Shown here one piece after another: positions 1-8,710 of a stretch of DNA of 64,000 nucleotides. The stretch comes from Hyphomicrobiaceae bacterium. GTDB lineage: Bacteria; Pseudomonadota; Alphaproteobacteria; Rhizobiales; Hyphomicrobiaceae. A program made the translations under genes and the position numbers. The notes below the pieces were generated by a model, which saw nothing but the letters and a program-made list of their open reading frames with translations, was not told the origin of the DNA and made no database searches. Each line of letters opens with the position of its first letter. The stretch's first letter is position 1. The stretch is from NCBI GenBank assembly GCA_046154645.1, contig JBJXDZ010000047.1, forward strand, positions 3,269 to 67,268, read 5' to 3'.

Positions 1-247
1 CCGTGACGACCACCCAGAGTACGGCCGAGGCAGCTGCCTGCGACCACATGCGGTTTCGGATTGCAGCAAAGAAGAAAAACGGCACCAACGCCTTGAAGCA
101 GTCCGCAGCTGCACTGGCAGCTCCATAGATCTGCCCGTCCAGCTCGGTTTTCCCGAGACTGAAGCCAAAGCGCCAGTTCATCGCAGCGGAAACGGCTAAC
201 AGCACGCCCGCAGCGAGAACGCCTAGCACGCCTAGTACGTGTCTCAT
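1..247 (-). CDS. hypothetical membrane protein, N-terminal part (gene runs off the left edge)
   Basis: ATG at 247-245 (minus) opens a frame with no stop down to position 1: MRHVLGVLGVLAAGVLLAVSAAMNWRFGFSLGKTELDGQIYGAASAAADCFKALVPFFFFAAIRNRMW... It has two hydrophobic segments. It uses several codons that are rare for a high-GC genome (gta, cta, tta). It is absent from the ORF track because it is truncated. Confidence 0.45.
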   Translation of the reverse strand, partial: MRHVLGVLGVLAAGVLLAVSAAMNWRFGFSLGKTELDGQIYGAASAAADCFKALVPFFFFAAIRNRMWSQAAASAVLWVVVT

Positions 248-1133
248 TCGTAGAGGCCCCCTACCCCTGCAGTACATCGGCCTACGCAATTGCATGTGGC
301 GGATGCGGGAAACGCGCACTCGTCTTGGCCTGCGCCACTCTGCCTGGCGCATACCGAAGATTGTCGGTCGGCGATACTGCGTCCGTTGAGCCCCTCTTGC
401 TTCCAGCGGAAGTGAGGTCGGGCAGTTGAACCAGGCCGGCTGTCGGCCACGTCCGAAGGAGCATGAAGTTATGCACAAGATGCTGCTGCCGCTCAGCTTC
501 AGCTTGTGCACAGCACGCCAGTCTTCGGCGTACGCGATGCAACAGAATTACAACACTATTCGACCAACCGGACACTAATCGATTCGTTAAGGAAAGTCAG
601 GCGGATAGTTGATGTCTCGCGGCCGAGGTCGGGCAGACTGACGGCGCGACGTGGCTGGTTCGCCGCACATTCATGCTGCTGACACTGCTGCGCTGTATCC
701 ACACGTCACCCACAGGCCAAGGCCGATATCCACAGCCCCAGGGGTGGCCTACTAGATCTAGGCTGCAAGGACACGAGGAAGACGAAATCTTGATTCTGCC
801 CATCGCGACGTGCAACCGGCGCGCGAGTTGCGTGCCCCGCAACGGCTCAACTCGACATGACCACAAGGATGGCCATTTGCGCCGTGACGGCTAAAGTGCA
901 AGTCCGAAACAAGCGAACTTGCCGGTTGAAAAAGGCAGCAAGCTGAGAAATAGTGAAGAACCAATTAAGCCTATGCCAAAGCACCGGTCGCAGCCCACGT
1001 CGGCGGGCCTATTGGGGCTATACCAACCCTCGACGGTGCGACGCGCATTGGTGCCTTGCGGGATAGGCAGCACCTGCCAGCGGTTTCGGCTGGTGTCGTA
1101 CAGAGTTGACCAGGAATCGGTCGGAGTTGCGTC

Positions 1134-2825
1134 ATGAGCAAGCTGCTGGGTGTTGCCTGTGCTGTGGTTGGAGTCGGATTGGCCGGGTATGCGTGGCTGC
1201 CGGGCAGCGGCGACACCGAGGCCAGCGAGCGGCTGGCCAGCATGGTCCGCATCGCAACGGATGTCGCCCCCCGCGAGCAACGAGTGGTGCAGGTCGCTGC
1301 ACCCCGCGATGACACCGGTGGCCCCCAGATCGAGACTCCGGCCCCACGCCCCGGCACGGAGCGGACGCGCACCGGAGTTGAGAACGATGTGCCGTCGGTG
1401 GCCCGGCGCCAAGTCGCGGAGCGTGATGGGCCGCGGCCCACGGAGCCCGCCGGTCGGGACACGGGTGCCCGCGGTGTTGCACCGGAAACGCGGCGGATTA
1501 CGTCCGTGAAGCCCGCTGATGAGGCCTCGCGGCGCTCCCTGACCCGATCCATTCAGGCGGAACTGAAGCGTGTCGGTTGCTTCGAAGGCGAGGCGGACGG
1601 CACATGGTCGCCCGCCACTCAGCGCGCCATGAAGACATTCACCGAGCGGGTGAACGCCAGCCTGCCGGTGGAGGAGCCCGACTATATCCTCCTTACCCTG
1701 CTGCAAGGCCAAACGGCCCGTGCCTGCGGCAAGGGTTGCCCGGCTGGACAGGTGGCCGTCGCCGATGGCCGCTGCGAGCCCCGCGCCATCCTGGCCCAGC
1801 AGACCGAGCGCCAGACCAAGCAGCAGCAGGAGCTGGAAGCGCGGCGCGCCAAACAGGAAGCGCAACGTGTTGCCCAAGCGGAGGCAGAGCAGCGCACCAA
1901 GCAGGAGGCCGAGCAACGCCGCCGCGATGATCTTGCCAAGCAGGAAGCACAGCGCATCGCCAAGGCGGAGGCCGACCTGCTGGCCAAGCAAGCAGCCGAT
2001 CAACGCCGGCGCGATGAGTTGGCCCGGCAGGAAGCGCAGCGTATCGCCAAGACGGAGGCGGATCTGCGCGCCAAGCAGCAAGCTGAGCAACGCCGCCGCG
2101 ATGAGCTGGCCCGGCAGGAAGCGCAGCGCGTCGCCAAGGCCGAAGCTGACCTCAAGGCCAAGCAAGCCGCCGACCTGCGCCGCCGCGAAGACCTCGCCAA
2201 GCAAGAGGCGCAACGCGTGGCTAGGCTGGAGGCCGAACAGCGCGCGAAGCAGGAAGCCGACCAGCGCCGGCAGGCCGTTGCGGCCGTCATTCCGCCCTTG
2301 GCCGCCCCGCCGCCAAGCGGCCTCGGCATGACCCCGCCGCCCGCCACCGCAACGACGCAACTGCCACCCGTGATCATTGCCCCGCTGCCGCCTGAGCGGA
2401 CCGCCACTCAGCCAGCCGACCGGCCTGCGTCTCCGGCGGTCGATGCCCTGCCCGGCGCAACGGCACCGCCAGTCATCCTGGCGACGCCACCACTGCCATC
2501 GACTGACACTATCCCGCCGCCGCCCAAGAAGAAAGTTGCTGCTCCCAAGAGTCAGACCGAGCCGGAGCGCGAGCCACCACAACGCGAGCAGCAAGCGCGT
2601 GAGCGTACTGCCCCAGTCCGCCAAGCCGAGCGCCGCCCGCCGCCGACACCGCGTCCGGCGCCCCAGCGGGTAGCACAACCGCGCTATGTGGGACAGTTCG
2701 TGCCGCCGCCCTCAGGCCTCGGTCGCGTCACCGTGCAAAGGGCCGCTCCGACCTATGTCGCACGTTCGCCGGGACCGAGCTTCCGCAGCTCGATCTTCTT
2801 CAATCTCGGTCGCAACGCCCCTTGA
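1134..2825 (+). CDS. membrane-anchored peptidoglycan-binding-like protein with coiled-coil repeats and a proline-rich C-terminal region
   Basis: 563-aa ORF with GGAG about 11 nt upstream. N-terminal hydrophobic anchor MSKLLGVACAVVGVGLAGYAWL. PG_binding_1-like segment IQAELKRVGCFEGEADGTWSPATQRAMKTFTE. Five 29-aa charged repeats (RRRDELARQEAQRIAKxEADLxAKQxAxQ), then a Pro-rich tail. Confidence 0.8.
   Translation: MSKLLGVACAVVGVGLAGYAWLPGSGDTEASERLASMVRIATDVAPREQRVVQVAAPRDDTGGPQIETPAPRPGTERTRTGVENDVPSVARRQVAERDGPRPTEPAGRDTGARGVAPETRRITSVKPADEASRRSLTRSIQAELKRVGCFEGEADGTWSPATQRAMKTFTERVNASLPVEEPDYILLTLLQGQTARACGKGCPAGQVAVADGRCEPRAILAQQTERQTKQQQELEARRAKQEAQRVAQAEAEQRTKQEAEQRRRDDLAKQEAQRIAKAEADLLAKQAADQRRRDELARQEAQRIAKTEADLRAKQQAEQRRRDELARQEAQRVAKAEADLKAKQAADLRRREDLAKQEAQRVARLEAEQRAKQEADQRRQAVAAVIPPLAAPPPSGLGMTPPPATATTQLPPVIIAPLPPERTATQPADRPASPAVDALPGATAPPVILATPPLPSTDTIPPPPKKKVAAPKSQTEPEREPPQREQQARERTAPVRQAERRPPPTPRPAPQRVAQPRYVGQFVPPPSGLGRVTVQRAAPTYVARSPGPSFRSSIFFNLGRNAP
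1830..2264 (+). repeat. five tandem in-frame 87-bp (29-codon) repeats inside the 1134..2825 CDS
   Basis: The CGCCGCCGCGA/CGCCGGCGCGA unit starts recur at 1917, 2004, 2091, 2178 and 2265, exactly 87 bp apart. A more degenerate first copy starts near 1830. Confidence 0.85.
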
Positions 2826-2829
2826 TGGC

Positions 2830-3777
2830 ATGAGGCAAGCACAACCGAGCCAGGTCGTCTCGATCGGCGAATGCATGGTCGAGTTGGCCCGCGGCAGCGA
2901 CGGCCGCTTCGGCTTGGCGTTCGGTGGCGACACCTTCAATACCGCGCTCTACATGGCCCGATCTGGCGCCAGGGTCGCTTATGCCACGCGGCTGGGCCTC
3001 GACCCCTACAGCTGCGCCATCGTCGCCCTGGCCGAGAGCGAGGGCATCGCCACCCACCTGATGCAACGCGCCGATGGGCGCATGCCCGGGCTCTATCTGA
3101 TCGAGACCACGGCCGGCGGCGAGCGCACATTCCACTACTGGCGGGACCGTTCTCCGGCGCGCGAGTTGTTCGATGGCCCCGAATCGGCGACCGTCGCCGA
3201 CGCGATGCGGGCAGCACAACTGGTCTATCTTTCCGGCATCACGTTGTCGCTCTACAGCGCGGCCGCCCTGGACCGCTTCGGTGCGGCGATAGAGGCGGCG
3301 CGTGCGGCCGGCGTCCGCATTGCCATGGATGGCAACTATCGCCCGCGTGGCTGGGGTGGCGACCTGCCGCGCGCGCAACGTGTCATGGCGCGGTTCTGGC
3401 GGCTTGCCGATGTGGCGCTGCCGACGTTCGATGATGAGGCCATGTTGTGGGGGGATGCAACGCCGGGCGAGACCATCGCGCGCCTTGCGGCCCTCGGACC
3501 CAAAGAAATCGTGGTCAAGCAGGGTGAGCAGGGGGCGATCGTGTTCGCTGGTCAGGTCCCGTGCCACGTGCCGATCCCGCAGCGCGTCGCCGCCATCGAT
3601 ACATCGGCGGCCGGCGACAGCTTCAACGGCGCCTACCTTGCAGCCCGTCTGGCCGGTATCGAGCCTGAGGTGGCCAGCCTCGACGGTCATCGCCTGGCCG
3701 GCGTCGTCGTGCAGCATCGCGGCGCCATCGCTCCGGCCGACGCCACAACCCCTGTGATCGTCAAACGCGGATCCTGA
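2830..3777 (+). CDS. kdgK: 2-dehydro-3-deoxygluconokinase (PfkB family sugar kinase)
   Basis: Internal ATG at 2830 of ORF 2686..3777, 5 nt after the upstream stop. Begins MRQAQPSQVVSIGECMVELA. Contains GGDTFNTALYMAR and the PfkB C-terminal signature DTSAAGDSFNGAYLAA. Confidence 0.88.
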   Translation: MRQAQPSQVVSIGECMVELARGSDGRFGLAFGGDTFNTALYMARSGARVAYATRLGLDPYSCAIVALAESEGIATHLMQRADGRMPGLYLIETTAGGERTFHYWRDRSPARELFDGPESATVADAMRAAQLVYLSGITLSLYSAAALDRFGAAIEAARAAGVRIAMDGNYRPRGWGGDLPRAQRVMARFWRLADVALPTFDDEAMLWGDATPGETIARLAALGPKEIVVKQGEQGAIVFAGQVPCHVPIPQRVAAIDTSAAGDSFNGAYLAARLAGIEPEVASLDGHRLAGVVVQHRGAIAPADATTPVIVKRGS

Positions 3778-4408
3778 GGGCGGCGGCCGCCCGTGCCAGC
3801 TGTTCGATCTCGTCCCACGCACCGCTGGCCAGCGCCTTGGCCGGCACCATCCACGAGCCCCCAACCGCGACGACGTTGGGCAGCGCCAGATACTGCTGTG
3901 CCTTGACGGCATCGATGCCGCCCGTCGGACAAAAGGTAATCCCCTGCAGCGGCGCCGCCAAGGCCTTGAGCGCCGCCATACCGCCAGAGGCCTCGGCCGG
4001 AAAGAACTTGAGCACGTTGAGGCCCAGATCGGACAGCGACATCGCCTCGCTCGCCGTCACCGCGCCGGGCAAGAACGGGACCGGCCACCCTTGCGCCGCC
4101 TCGATGAGACGGGGCGTCATGCCGGGCGAGACGATGAACCTTGCACCCGCAGCCATCGCCTGCTGCGCCTGCTCCGGCGTCAATACGGTTCCGGCCCCGA
4201 CCATCAGCCCCGGCACCTCGGCCCGAATGCGCCGGATGGCCTCCAGCGCGACCGACGTGCGCAGCGTCACCTCGACGACCTCGAGACCACCGGCCGCCAG
4301 GGCCTTGGCGAGCGGCATTGCCTGTTCGATCGCATCGATGGTCAACACTGGCACCACGGCAAGGCGGCGCAGGACATCGCCGAGCGCAGTATTGAGCTTC
4401 GATTGCAT
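3761..4408 (-). CDS. eda: 2-dehydro-3-deoxy-phosphogluconate (KDPG) aldolase
   Basis: Contains VVPVLTID, GLEVVEVTLRT, GAGTVLTPEQ, Schiff-base lysine context LKFFPAE and CPTGGI. ATG at 4408 has AGGA 6 nt upstream. The 3' end overlaps kdgK by 17 bp (convergent). Confidence 0.9.
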   Translation of the reverse strand: MQSKLNTALGDVLRRLAVVPVLTIDAIEQAMPLAKALAAGGLEVVEVTLRTSVALEAIRRIRAEVPGLMVGAGTVLTPEQAQQAMAAGARFIVSPGMTPRLIEAAQGWPVPFLPGAVTASEAMSLSDLGLNVLKFFPAEASGGMAALKALAAPLQGITFCPTGGIDAVKAQQYLALPNVVAVGGSWMVPAKALASGAWDEIEQLARAAAALRIRV

Positions 4409-4423
4409 GCGATATCCTGCCCT

Positions 4424-4465
4424 GTCCGTGGTCCGTGGTCCGTGGTCCGTAGTCCGTAGTCCGTG
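4424..4465. repeat. heptanucleotide microsatellite (GTCCGTG/A) x6
   Basis: Six contiguous 7-bp units read directly: gtccgtg gtccgtg gtccgtg gtccgta gtccgta gtccgtg. They lie between the panE-like stop (4480) and the eda ATG (4408). Confidence 0.95.
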
Positions 4466-4479
4466 CCGGCAACCCGCGC

Positions 4480-5544
4480 TCAATTCAGGCGCAAGTCCTC
4501 GATGTGCTTGGGATCGGCCTTGATCTCACCGCGCTCGACGCGTTTGACCAGTTCGGTCAGCTTGGCGTTGGCCGGGCAGGCCTTGCCGATCTTCTCGCCC
4601 TCGCGCACCACGTAGCCGTTGAGGAAGTCGATCTCGGTGCGGCGCCCCTTGGCCATGTCCTGCCCCATCGAGGGCTTCTGCTCGGCGGACACACGACCGG
4701 CGTCCTTGAAGCGCTGCTCCTCGTAGGCGCGCACCGACGCCATATCACCTTCGCCCGCCTTGGCGATGACCTCGGCATCCAGATGCAGGATTTCCTCGAG
4801 CTTGTAGCCATGTGCCTGACCGACGCGGATCGCCTCACTGCCAAGCCGCACCGCGAAACGTCGGATGGCCTCGTTCTGCAGCATGGCGCCGCCGCCGAGT
4901 CCGGTGCACGCCGAGAGGCCATTCTGCATCACGTTCGCCACCAGCTTCGACCAGCGCTCACCCCACAGATTGCTGGTGACCTTGGCGCTGTCGGCGGTGC
5001 CGACGAGGCGCACGATTTCTTCGGCACGCGGCGTAATCAGGCCATGCGGCTCGCCTGCGCGATAGACGGTGTGGGCCGCACCGCCCTTGCCGGCGCCGCG
5101 ATGGATGTGACCTGGGCCCGAGAGATTGACCGTGATGGACGAGGCGATGCAACCGAGCGTCTTGCCCCAGCCGACCACCGAGGCGATGGTCGCCTCGTTC
5201 ATGCAGTTCTGCAGCGACACGGCATAGCCGTCCGGCGCCAGGTATTGCTGGATCATCATCGTCGACCAAGCCGTGTCGTAGGACTTGACGCAGATGAAGG
5301 CGATGTCGAACGGCTTCTCCTTGGCGAACTGCTGCACTTGCGTCAGGTGCAACGCGCGCGCCGGCACCATGAACTCGGGCACATCCTTGGCGTGAGTGAC
5401 GCGCAGACCGTGCTTGTTGATGTGATCGACGTGCTCGGGCCACGCCTCGACGAAGGTCACGTCCTCGCCGGCCTTGATCATGTGGGCACCGGTGTAGCCG
5501 CCGACTGCGCCTGCGCTGACGATGACAATTCTGTTCTTGGCCAT
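4480..5544 (-). CDS. ketopantoate reductase (PanE/ApbA) family oxidoreductase
   Basis: Begins MAKNRIVIVSAGAVGGYTGAHM (GxGxxG Rossmann motif). Length about 354 aa with a PanE-like C-terminal helical domain. ATG at 5544 is chosen over the 5589 extension. Confidence 0.85.
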   Translation of the reverse strand: MAKNRIVIVSAGAVGGYTGAHMIKAGEDVTFVEAWPEHVDHINKHGLRVTHAKDVPEFMVPARALHLTQVQQFAKEKPFDIAFICVKSYDTAWSTMMIQQYLAPDGYAVSLQNCMNEATIASVVGWGKTLGCIASSITVNLSGPGHIHRGAGKGGAAHTVYRAGEPHGLITPRAEEIVRLVGTADSAKVTSNLWGERWSKLVANVMQNGLSACTGLGGGAMLQNEAIRRFAVRLGSEAIRVGQAHGYKLEEILHLDAEVIAKAGEGDMASVRAYEEQRFKDAGRVSAEQKPSMGQDMAKGRRTEIDFLNGYVVREGEKIGKACPANAKLTELVKRVERGEIKADPKHIEDLRLN

Positions 5545-5617
5545 GTTCGTTTCCTCTTCGCTTGTTGGTTCAGACTTACCGAGCAGCAAAGTATCGGCTG
5601 AAGCCCCCTCACCCCGA

Positions 5618-5689
5618 CCCTCTCCCCAAGGGGAGAGGGGGACGTGGAACTCGTCCGCTGGGTTCTAGCCTCTCCCCTCGGGGAGAGGC
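5618..5689. repeat. pair of REP-like GC-rich hairpins sharing the core CCTCTCCC-N4-GGGAGAGG
   Basis: Hairpin 1 pairs 5618-5626 with 5631-5639 (9 bp, loop CAAG). Hairpin 2 pairs 5668-5676 with 5681-5689 (9 bp, loop CTCG). Both are intergenic, between two minus-strand genes. Confidence 0.7.
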
Positions 5690-5777
5690 CGGCGCGCCTT
5701 CATTCCAATCTCTATCGCCGAAACAACCAGCGCGCCGGTTGAGGGGGCGCTCGCTGGGACAACACGTTCGCTCTAAG

Positions 5778-7340
5778 CTATTGCGATATCCGCAGCACGT
5801 CTTTCCAAAGGCCACGCCGTGCCCCGCCTTCGTCGTTCACCACACGGCACTCCTTATCGAGCACCAGCGTGGCGCGCTCCTTGAGCGTGTAGGCGGGCCA
5901 ATGTGGAATGGACGCGTTGTCGGGCTTGCCGGTGCGCGCAAACGCGGCCCAGGTTGTCGAGATGCAGCGCGCCAGGGCAAAGGTCTCCGGGCTGCGGTCG
6001 GTGGCGCCGACGACGTCCAGGTTGTCGAACACGAACGGTACATCGAGGGCGTGATAAGCCTTGAGCTTGCCGCCAAACACGGGCGTTTCCCAGTCGAATG
6101 AATAGGCCCAGACCGGCGCGCCGCCACGAGCTGCCAGGCGTTCGGTCTGCAGGTGCGTGCGAACGCGGAAGTTGGAGTCCGTCAACGTCGTGATCTGCCG
6201 CTCAGCGGCGTTGGCCTGCGGATGCAGCTGCTGGTAGTGGGCCATGACGCGCTCTGTCGCTTCGCCCGCAACCTTGGCCACCCGCTCGCGCAGCTCGGCC
6301 TCGGTCAGTGTTCGGTGCCAGACTTTGTCATCGGGCGCAAAGAAGATCGCGCTCTCGTCCTTGGTGTCGCCGATCATGACGGGGATGTCGCGGGAGATGT
6401 CCGGCGCCTTGGGATCGAACGGTTGCTCGGGCAGCACGTCACCATCGACGACGGGGCCGAAGTCGTAGCGATCGAGCAGCGGATAGTTGGTCGGACCGAT
6501 GCGTTTCTGCGCTGGCGCAATGGCCGCAATCAAGCGCTGGAAAGGCATCGTCTGCAGCTCATCCAGTTGCTTGCGGCCAAGACCCAGCTCGGCCAACACG
6601 GCATCCGCGAGTTTGGCCGCCCGCTCGCGCTCGATCAGCCGCACGACCGAGCCGCTCATGATGATGGCGCGGTGAAAGAGGCCCTTCGCCCGCGGCATGG
6701 CCAGTAGCGTCGAAACTTTGCCGCCGCCGCCGGAATGGCCGAAGATGGTGACGTTGCCCGCATTGCCCCCGAAGTTCGCAATGTTGTCACGCACCCACTG
6801 CAGCGCCGCGACCATGTCGAGTGTGCCGGCATTGCCCGAATGCGCGAAATCAACGCCACCGATGTCCGCCAGATGCAAATGCGCCAGGATATTGAGGCGC
6901 TGGTTGACCGTGACCACGACCACGTCCTGGCGCGCGGCGAGATGGCGGCCGTTGAGGCGCGCCGAATTCGCCGAGCCATAGGAGAAGGCGCCGCCGTGGA
7001 ACCAGACCATGACCGGCCGCTTGCCGTGGCCGACAGCCGGCGTCCACACGTTCAGCGTCAGGCAATTCTCGGTCTCCGCCGTCGTATCGGGCTCGCCGGA
7101 GAGGTTGGACAGCTCCGGCCGCTGCACCATCGACGGCGCTTGCGGCGCCCGCCCCTCATAGGCAAGTGCATCGCGCACGCCGGACCACTTCGCGGGCTTC
7201 TGCGGCGGCATGAACCGGTTGCGGCCCGCAGTCGATGCACCGTAAGGCACGCCCTTGAAAGCATCCACCCCCGCAGCCCGAGCGCCCCGAAGTTTGCCGG
7301 TTGTCGTCTCGACGATGGGTTCAGCAGAGATTTCGGCCAT
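5778..7340 (-). CDS. carboxylesterase/lipase family protein (type B, para-nitrobenzyl esterase-like)
   Basis: 520 aa. Contains VWFHGGAFSYGSA (oxyanion region) and the nucleophile elbow FGHSGGG. Confidence 0.9.
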   Translation of the reverse strand: MAEISAEPIVETTTGKLRGARAAGVDAFKGVPYGASTAGRNRFMPPQKPAKWSGVRDALAYEGRAPQAPSMVQRPELSNLSGEPDTTAETENCLTLNVWTPAVGHGKRPVMVWFHGGAFSYGSANSARLNGRHLAARQDVVVVTVNQRLNILAHLHLADIGGVDFAHSGNAGTLDMVAALQWVRDNIANFGGNAGNVTIFGHSGGGGKVSTLLAMPRAKGLFHRAIIMSGSVVRLIERERAAKLADAVLAELGLGRKQLDELQTMPFQRLIAAIAPAQKRIGPTNYPLLDRYDFGPVVDGDVLPEQPFDPKAPDISRDIPVMIGDTKDESAIFFAPDDKVWHRTLTEAELRERVAKVAGEATERVMAHYQQLHPQANAAERQITTLTDSNFRVRTHLQTERLAARGGAPVWAYSFDWETPVFGGKLKAYHALDVPFVFDNLDVVGATDRSPETFALARCISTTWAAFARTGKPDNASIPHWPAYTLKERATLVLDKECRVVNDEGGARRGLWKDVLRISQ

Positions 7341-7427
7341 GGCGCACCCCTGGATGTTCTGTGGCCGCGATCATAGGCCGATTGCCACGGCGGCGTCGAT
7401 GGCGGGGCTGCTATGCCGTGGCGCGCC

Positions 7428-8597
7428 TCAAGCCAGCTGGAAGGCCTCGAAGCGATCGAGTGCGTCCTCAATGCGCGCCTTGAGTTGCTTCGACGCCCGA
7501 CGTTCGATCCACGTCCACTGCTGGATCAAGAGTTGCCGCTGCGCGCGATCCGTCTTCAAGTCCAGCGCGGCAACGATCTGGTCGCCAACCAGCACCGGCA
7601 ACGCGAAATAGCCGAGCACGCGCTTCTCCTTGGGCACATAGGCCTCGAAGCGATGCTCGTAGCCAAATACCTGCAGCAGGCGCTTGCGCTGAATAATGAG
7701 AGGATCGAAAGGGGACAGAATGTGCACCAGGTCGGCTGTCGGAGCGGGCGGCATATCGAGGGCGGCTGATTCTATCCAGTGCTCGATCCCGTCGCAGCCT
7801 TCCAGTTGTACGGGCCGGAGCTGCTTGCGCCGCACCTGCGCGTCGATCTCGGCGCGCACGGCGGCTTTCCGCTTGGCGTCGAGATAACAGATCGAGTCGA
7901 GGCTCACGACACCTTGGGCCTTCAGCGCGCGTCCCAGCACATACGCCGCGATGTCCCGCGGTGACGCTGGCGCCGGCCGCTTCTCCCAGCCGAAGTGGCG
8001 CCCCATCAATTCGTAGCTTTTCAGCATGCCCGTGCGCGCGCTCACCGTCACGTCACCGGAATAGAACGCCAATTGCAGTGCGCGCTTGGACGGCTTGCGA
8101 CTGGCCCAGGGATGATCCTTCTCCACCAGCTCGTCGTCGTCGATGTCGCGGATTGTGAGCGGCCCGTCGGTGCGGATACGGGTGAGCACCTTGCGACGGT
8201 CCTGCGGCTTCACGGTTGCAAAATGCGAGCGCGGCTCGCGCGCATGTCGGCGCATCTCCGGGAGGTAGTACCGCAACGCACTGGTCGGCACATAGGACAG
8301 CGCGTGCGTCCAGTACTCGAACACGGACTTGTCGAGGCTCTGTGCCTGCTGCAGATGCGCGCGTTGATAAGCCGGAATGCGCGAGAACAGGATGTGGTGA
8401 TGACAGCGCTCGATGACGTTGATGGTGTCGATCTGCACATAGCCCAGGTGCTCGACGGCACGGCGCGTCGCGTCGGGACCATCGCCGAAGGGTGTCGCGG
8501 TGTCGAGCCGCTGCGCGCGCAGCCAGATGCGCCGCGCCTCAGCGGTGGTCAATGTCAGCGGTGACGTGGCGTTGGGTGGCATGGTGCGCGGCAACAT
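7428..8597 (-). CDS. winged-helix DNA glycosylase, YcaQ/AlkZ (DUF1006) family
   Basis: Contains AEARRIWLRAQRLD and LGYVQIDTINVIERCHHHILFSR. The Q-I-D triplet matches the Q-phi-D motif I recall for E. coli YcaQ. The start is ambiguous (ATG at 8597 or 8582). Confidence 0.78.
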   Translation of the reverse strand: MLPRTMPPNATSPLTLTTAEARRIWLRAQRLDTATPFGDGPDATRRAVEHLGYVQIDTINVIERCHHHILFSRIPAYQRAHLQQAQSLDKSVFEYWTHALSYVPTSALRYYLPEMRRHAREPRSHFATVKPQDRRKVLTRIRTDGPLTIRDIDDDELVEKDHPWASRKPSKRALQLAFYSGDVTVSARTGMLKSYELMGRHFGWEKRPAPASPRDIAAYVLGRALKAQGVVSLDSICYLDAKRKAAVRAEIDAQVRRKQLRPVQLEGCDGIEHWIESAALDMPPAPTADLVHILSPFDPLIIQRKRLLQVFGYEHRFEAYVPKEKRVLGYFALPVLVGDQIVAALDLKTDRAQRQLLIQQWTWIERRASKQLKARIEDALDRFEAFQLA

Positions 8598-8710
8598 GCC
8601 AAGGCCCGCCGGGTCAGGCAAGCCCTGGCATGACGGCTGGCGGTGGTCCCCTCGCCATGGCACAGTCGGGGCCATGCTCTCCGCTCAGACTGCGTGAAAG
8701 GTTCGTCCTC

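Noticed and set aside
919-1137. 72-codon ORF whose stop overlaps the 1134 ATG (ATGA), suggesting a coupled upstream gene
   Set aside because: It starts with TTG. Its first third has AT-rich third positions (aaa, aga, aat, agt, att), unlike real genes here, and it has no motif.
1830-2264. Regularly spaced 87-bp repeats considered as a CRISPR-like array
   Set aside because: The units are contiguous with no spacers. They are in frame, they encode a heptad-like charged peptide, and no cas genes are present.
891-2678. 595-aa minus-strand ORF antisense to the coiled-coil gene
   Set aside because: It is the Arg/Leu/Gly-rich mirror image of the plus-strand repeats and has no motif. The plus-strand frame has a Shine-Dalgarno sequence, a TM anchor and recognisable domains. 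Long antisense ORFs are expected at this GC content.
4504-5601. Long antisense ORFs throughout the window, for example 4504..5601(+), 8555..9649(-), 12667..13656(+), 21095..21928(-), 54011..55330(+) and 57606..59033(-)
   Set aside because: Each overlaps a gene with clear family motifs on the other strand. Their translations are Arg/Ala/Gly-rich, low-complexity and motif-free. They are a stop-codon-poor high-GC artefact.
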